The translations under genes and the position numbers were made by a program. From Nitrospirota bacterium (GTDB lineage Bacteria > Nitrospirota > UBA9217), in contig DASPSR010000008.1 in the NCBI GenBank assembly GCA_035623825.1, positions 1 through 64,000 on the forward strand: a stretch of DNA of 64,000 bases, in the 5' to 3' direction. This document shows positions 60,254 to 64,000 of the stretch, piece after piece. Position 1 is the stretch's first letter. Each line of letters opens with the position of its first letter. The notes under the pieces are model-generated. The model was not told the origin of the DNA and did no database searches. It saw only the letters and a program-made list of their open reading frames with translations.

Positions 60254-60414
60254 CCCGCCATGACCGTTAGATTCCCGCTGCATCCCGTACTGAAAGTCCA
60301 GCGATAAAATGCATACCTTTGTCCGATGCATGTCCCGTGAGCGGGTGGTAAAATAGAGGCAGGGATGAGGAAAGATGCACTCAAGAAACATAACGTTCCC
60401 TGAAGGAGGCATAT

Positions 60415-60855
60415 ATGCCGATACGTGTATCTGAAGCAATGTGGGAAGGGGATCTGATGAAGGGCAAGGGGAAGATGAGGCTTGGCAGCGGCGCATTCGA
60501 GGGCAGTTATTCCTTCGGGTCCCGTTTCGAGCAGGCGCGAGGCACCAACCCGGAAGAGCTGATCGGAGCGGCGCACGCAGGCTGTTTCAGCATGGCGCTC
60601 TCGATGATGCTGGGCCAGGCAGGATACAAGGTCGAGCAAATCCACACCACTGCGAAGGTGCATATAGATAAGGTCGCCGAGGGATTCAAGATCACGACCA
60701 TCGAACTGGAGACCGTGGGTCAGGTGCCGGGAATCGACGAGCGGACATTCAAGGAGAAGGCAGAGGAGGCCAAGAAGGGATGCCCCGTCTCCATGGCGCT
60801 GACCGGCGTCGATATCAGGCTTACGGCCAGGCTTAAGAAGCTGGCTGCGGCGTGA
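60415..60855 (+). CDS. osmC: OsmC family peroxiredoxin
   Basis: SRFE..GTNPEELIGAAHAGCFSMAL, AKKGCPVS. Confidence 0.93.
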   Translation: MPIRVSEAMWEGDLMKGKGKMRLGSGAFEGSYSFGSRFEQARGTNPEELIGAAHAGCFSMALSMMLGQAGYKVEQIHTTAKVHIDKVAEGFKITTIELETVGQVPGIDERTFKEKAEEAKKGCPVSMALTGVDIRLTARLKKLAAA

Positions 60856-60912
60856 GGGCGGATCCGGACGTTCGCCCTCTTTTCATCATCCGCTGTATAT
60901 TCACGGACTTTG

Positions 60913-62016
60913 TTACCGCCAGTTTCTTGTGTCGGTGTGACAGCCCGAAGACGTATTCGTGCAGGTAGTTCCGTTATAGTTCAGCCAGCTATTGGTCGAT
61001 GCCGAGGCAGTCGCCGAGGAGATCACGTGCGAACGCAGGTCGGGAAAATGGAATGGCGCGTTCGAAAGCTTGATCGTGTCATGGCAGGAAATGCAGGTAA
61101 TGCCCTGTTGTACGGCATGAAAGTAATGTTGCCCGGAAAAATAGCCGTTATACAGCGTGTTGCCATAAATATGGCATAAGAAACACTGTGTCGTGTCGCT
61201 GTAATTATAACTGCTCCCATTATACCAGTCCGGCGTCGCGGACGGGTCCGATGTCCAGGTGCTCGACGAGGTGACCTGAGTAAAAATATCCGGGGGAATC
61301 GTACGGATGCTCTGGGCCCTCGGGCCGCCGTGGCAGCTCACGTTTGCGCATGTCGCGCCGGTCCCTGTCCCGAATGACCCTATCCCTGTTTCCGCGTTAT
61401 AGGCAGAATCAAAAATGACCTCGACAATCCCGTCCAAATGCTGATCGCATGTCCGGTTATGGCAGGTCTCGCACGTGACGCCGGAGAGCGCCATGTGCTT
61501 GGCATGTTTGCCAGGAAGGTTCGGGTAGACGTTCCCTGCTGGCGCTAAACCGTCAGGCGGTATCCCATGGCAGGTGCCGCAGCTTGGTGAGGTCGGGATC
61601 GTCGGATGGCACTTCGTGCAGGAGGGGCCGCTTTCCGGAACGCCCGTGAGGTTGGCGCCGTGGCAGTACATGTTTGCACAGCCGGTCGTACCGTTCGCCA
61701 GTGCGAAAGTGCCATGGTTGGAGCAGGCGTCTCCCATCCACCCGGCCGGGTGGATGTTCGTGACTCCTCCCATGTGGCAGCTGGTGCAGGAGACACCGGA
61801 TATCCCGCCGGCAAAATCGGGTCCATGGCAGCCTGAACAAGAATTGAGGTTTGATTCGGCTGCGTCCATATGGGCCGCAGGAAGCCAGTTGGCCGCGTGG
61901 CTGCCCGTGTCCGGATTGAACGGTGATTGCGTGTTCGGGTCGCTGCAGCCGATGAGCAGCGCCGCCAGCACTGGAAGACCAAAGGACAGCAACTTCGCCG
62001 TTCTTATTTGTGGCAT
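60913..62016 (-). CDS. multiheme c-type cytochrome lipoprotein (about 10 heme motifs), ExtD-like
   Basis: Lipobox LIGC; 7 CXXCH, 2 CX4CH and 1 CX6CH motifs. Confidence 0.88.
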   Translation of the reverse strand: MPQIRTAKLLSFGLPVLAALLIGCSDPNTQSPFNPDTGSHAANWLPAAHMDAAESNLNSCSGCHGPDFAGGISGVSCTSCHMGGVTNIHPAGWMGDACSNHGTFALANGTTGCANMYCHGANLTGVPESGPSCTKCHPTIPTSPSCGTCHGIPPDGLAPAGNVYPNLPGKHAKHMALSGVTCETCHNRTCDQHLDGIVEVIFDSAYNAETGIGSFGTGTGATCANVSCHGGPRAQSIRTIPPDIFTQVTSSSTWTSDPSATPDWYNGSSYNYSDTTQCFLCHIYGNTLYNGYFSGQHYFHAVQQGITCISCHDTIKLSNAPFHFPDLRSHVISSATASASTNSWLNYNGTTCTNTSSGCHTDTRNWR

Positions 62017-62453
62017 TCCTTGCACCTCTCGTTGTTCTGGCGGCCGTGGCAGGGGAAACAGGACGCCGGATTGATCCTGCCATCGATCTGGTGCTGCGTG
62101 AGGTAATCGCCCCGGTGGGGCAGAGCCCGATCGGGAGAATCCTTGTACTTATCGCTCGGCTTGACCTCTTCGTTGTTCGCGTGGCAGTCGGCGCAGAAGG
62201 CTTCCGCGTGGCAGATATCGCAGGCCTGTCTCTGCTGGTCCGCGTAGAACTTGTGACGCGTGATGAAGTCCGGGGTGTGGTTCATCGCCGCGCGCCAGTC
62301 TGTGTGACAGTCAGCGCAGATGGGCATGGCCTCCACTTCCACCGGATGTTTTTTCGCGATGCTCGCGGTCTGGACGCAGGCGGCGAACAGCGTCGCCGCG
62401 AGCGCCGCCATCAGAATGCCGAGAGTAAGTAGTTTGGACGGGATGCTCTTCAT
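62004..62453 (-). CDS. pentaheme c-type cytochrome lipoprotein, ExtC-like
   Basis: Lipobox FAAC; CADCH, CDICH, CADCH, CFPCH, CKECH. Confidence 0.9.
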   Translation of the reverse strand: MKSIPSKLLTLGILMAALAATLFAACVQTASIAKKHPVEVEAMPICADCHTDWRAAMNHTPDFITRHKFYADQQRQACDICHAEAFCADCHANNEEVKPSDKYKDSPDRALPHRGDYLTQHQIDGRINPASCFPCHGRQNNERCKECHK

Positions 62454-63757
62454 TGATTGTTTCCTCCCTTTGCGCCGGTCCTGACGTCAAAGTTGTAGAC
62501 GAACTTCAGGAGTCCTGTGACATTCCTATTGTAGAAGGGGTCCTTTTCGTACTCGACATCGGCGGCCAGACGCGCCTTGGCCGACAGGGCATATCCGCCG
62601 GCAAGCGATGCGGAGTACGCGTTCTTAACGCCGTTGATCTCCACGTCGTACGAAACGGTCAAAAGGTCGATTGCTATGTCGATCGTGTCGAATTTCTTGG
62701 ACCCATAGAGCCGGTATTCATCATACTTCAGCGTATCCGTCTGGCCGTCCATCCGGTGGACGGAAAGGCCGGCTGCGACGTTGTGCGCACCGGCATAGGT
62801 AATCCTCCCACCGTAGTAGCTTGCATCGCCGGCTATGTCATAACTGTATCTTTTGTAGTCCGCCGAGAGTATCGCCTTCCCGAGACTGAACGATACTTCC
62901 TCGCCGATGCTGGAGACCGTTTCCTGGGGGTTGATTATGGCCGGGTCGAGCTTGAAGGCGGTTGTGGTAGCGGCGGTGAAATAATCCTTGTAGCTGACGT
63001 ATGTGTATATCGTGCGGAAGGTTACGATGCTGAAGGGGCCGAGCGTCAGGCAGTAATTATGCTGCGCCCAGTCAGAGGTGATCGCGTTGTAGAGCGACGT
63101 GCCCGCGAGTTCGACCTTGTCAACGGGCCGTAACCAGAGATCAAGCCCTTCTTCTTTCCTGAAGTCGGTGCCGCTGTTCTTCTCCAGGAGATAGGTAAAT
63201 CCGACCCGGTACAGACCGTAGATCCCCTGGCTGATCCGGCCGCCGTAGAGGGAACCATCTGAGCGGGTAGCGGAACCAGGCGGAACCGGGCCTCCGCCGG
63301 TCGCGTTGACGATCGTCCCCTGCGGCGACACGGGGTGGCCGCCGAAAGCGGCGACAGTGAACCCGCCCATGAAGTCCGTCCGCCCGTAAGCCCCGTCAAT
63401 GATCTCCGATGACGTGCCTTCGTTCACATACAGTCTCCCGAGATTCAGGAACGTATTCCCCGTGTCCCGTTTCAAGCTCAAATACGCGTATTGGAGATCG
63501 CTCGATGACTTCACGCCAAAGGTTTCATCTTGAAAATCGTACCGGTACCAGCCGCCGAAATGGATTGAGATGCTCGGTGAGCCGAGGTCCTCGGCTTTGA
63601 AGTTCAAGTATTCATAGAACGGCAGTTGTCGCGTCGAATCTGACGTTTCCCGCGAGAACAGATAGCTGTTTGACTGACCGGAGAATTCGACGGCGGAGGC
63701 AACGGATGAAAAGAACAGTACGAGCAGCACCGATAGAGACGGGCGAACAATTCTCAT
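62450..63757 (-). CDS. outer-membrane beta-barrel porin, ExtB-like
   Basis: Signal peptide, alternating aromatic beta strands, terminal FVYNF; overlaps the pentaheme cytochrome gene. Confidence 0.8.
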   Translation of the reverse strand: MRIVRPSLSVLLVLFFSSVASAVEFSGQSNSYLFSRETSDSTRQLPFYEYLNFKAEDLGSPSISIHFGGWYRYDFQDETFGVKSSSDLQYAYLSLKRDTGNTFLNLGRLYVNEGTSSEIIDGAYGRTDFMGGFTVAAFGGHPVSPQGTIVNATGGGPVPPGSATRSDGSLYGGRISQGIYGLYRVGFTYLLEKNSGTDFRKEEGLDLWLRPVDKVELAGTSLYNAITSDWAQHNYCLTLGPFSIVTFRTIYTYVSYKDYFTAATTTAFKLDPAIINPQETVSSIGEEVSFSLGKAILSADYKRYSYDIAGDASYYGGRITYAGAHNVAAGLSVHRMDGQTDTLKYDEYRLYGSKKFDTIDIAIDLLTVSYDVEINGVKNAYSASLAGGYALSAKARLAADVEYEKDPFYNRNVTGLLKFVYNFDVRTGAKGGNNQ

Positions 63758-64000
63758 GTCCACGCTCCCTGACAAAAAATGCAACCAAATAAAGTGGCTC
63801 ATGATAGCGTAGGGGGGGAAGTTTTGTCAATCAGAATTCCAGTGACCTGAATCACATGGGTGATTCCGGAGAAATGCATGATAAGGATGCTACAAGGAAT
63901 CGAGCACGCGCGTCACGCGGTGGAGTTCCTTCCAGCGCCGGTACCGTCGCTCTGCCCCGGGGTTCTCCTCGCCGTTCACCGTTTCACCCAGGGATGTGAT

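Overview
GC-rich bacterial chromosomal window with almost all genes on the + strand. Gene content (multiheme cytochromes, a GEMM riboswitch, sigma54 systems, TauE/USP modules, a selenoprotein) suggests an anaerobic Nitrospirota- or Desulfobacterota-like organism (inference). In order: glyQ(3' end)-glyS-ppdK-ribD-HAD phosphatase; DUF202 and MarC (- strand); an AT-rich leader with a c-di-GMP-I riboswitch before a multicopper oxidase, then cusBA-like efflux genes and an FKBP PPIase; a CbrX/CbrA(CrbS)-like SLC5-histidine kinase with a sigma54 activator; a second HK/sigma54 activator pair; TMTC-like GT-C, Rsm22-like methyltransferase, greB, DUF3786; a sigma54-driven USP-TauE-TIGR02186-USP-USP-tatA operon; two MshEN-fold proteins carrying 3+2 DUF202 (VTC-type) repeats, followed by HK, receiver, a PEP-synthase-like kinase and a degenerate class A beta-lactamase-fold protein; a heme-sensing HK; a sigma54-preceded DUF294-exonuclease-yjcH-actP-acs acetate cluster; a UGA-containing (Sec) DsbA-like protein coupled to an atypical di-heme CcP/MauG protein and FdhE; trxC, rtcA, two TRL-like lipoproteins, osmC; and an ExtBCD-like porin-cytochrome conduit. 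The best novelty candidates are the MshEN-DUF202 pair (five pore units, like the pentameric VTC polyphosphate channel) and the Sec-DsbA/atypical MauG operon with its attenuator-like leader. I saw no CRISPR array, tRNA, rRNA or mobile element. All family calls come from motif recognition, not database searches.
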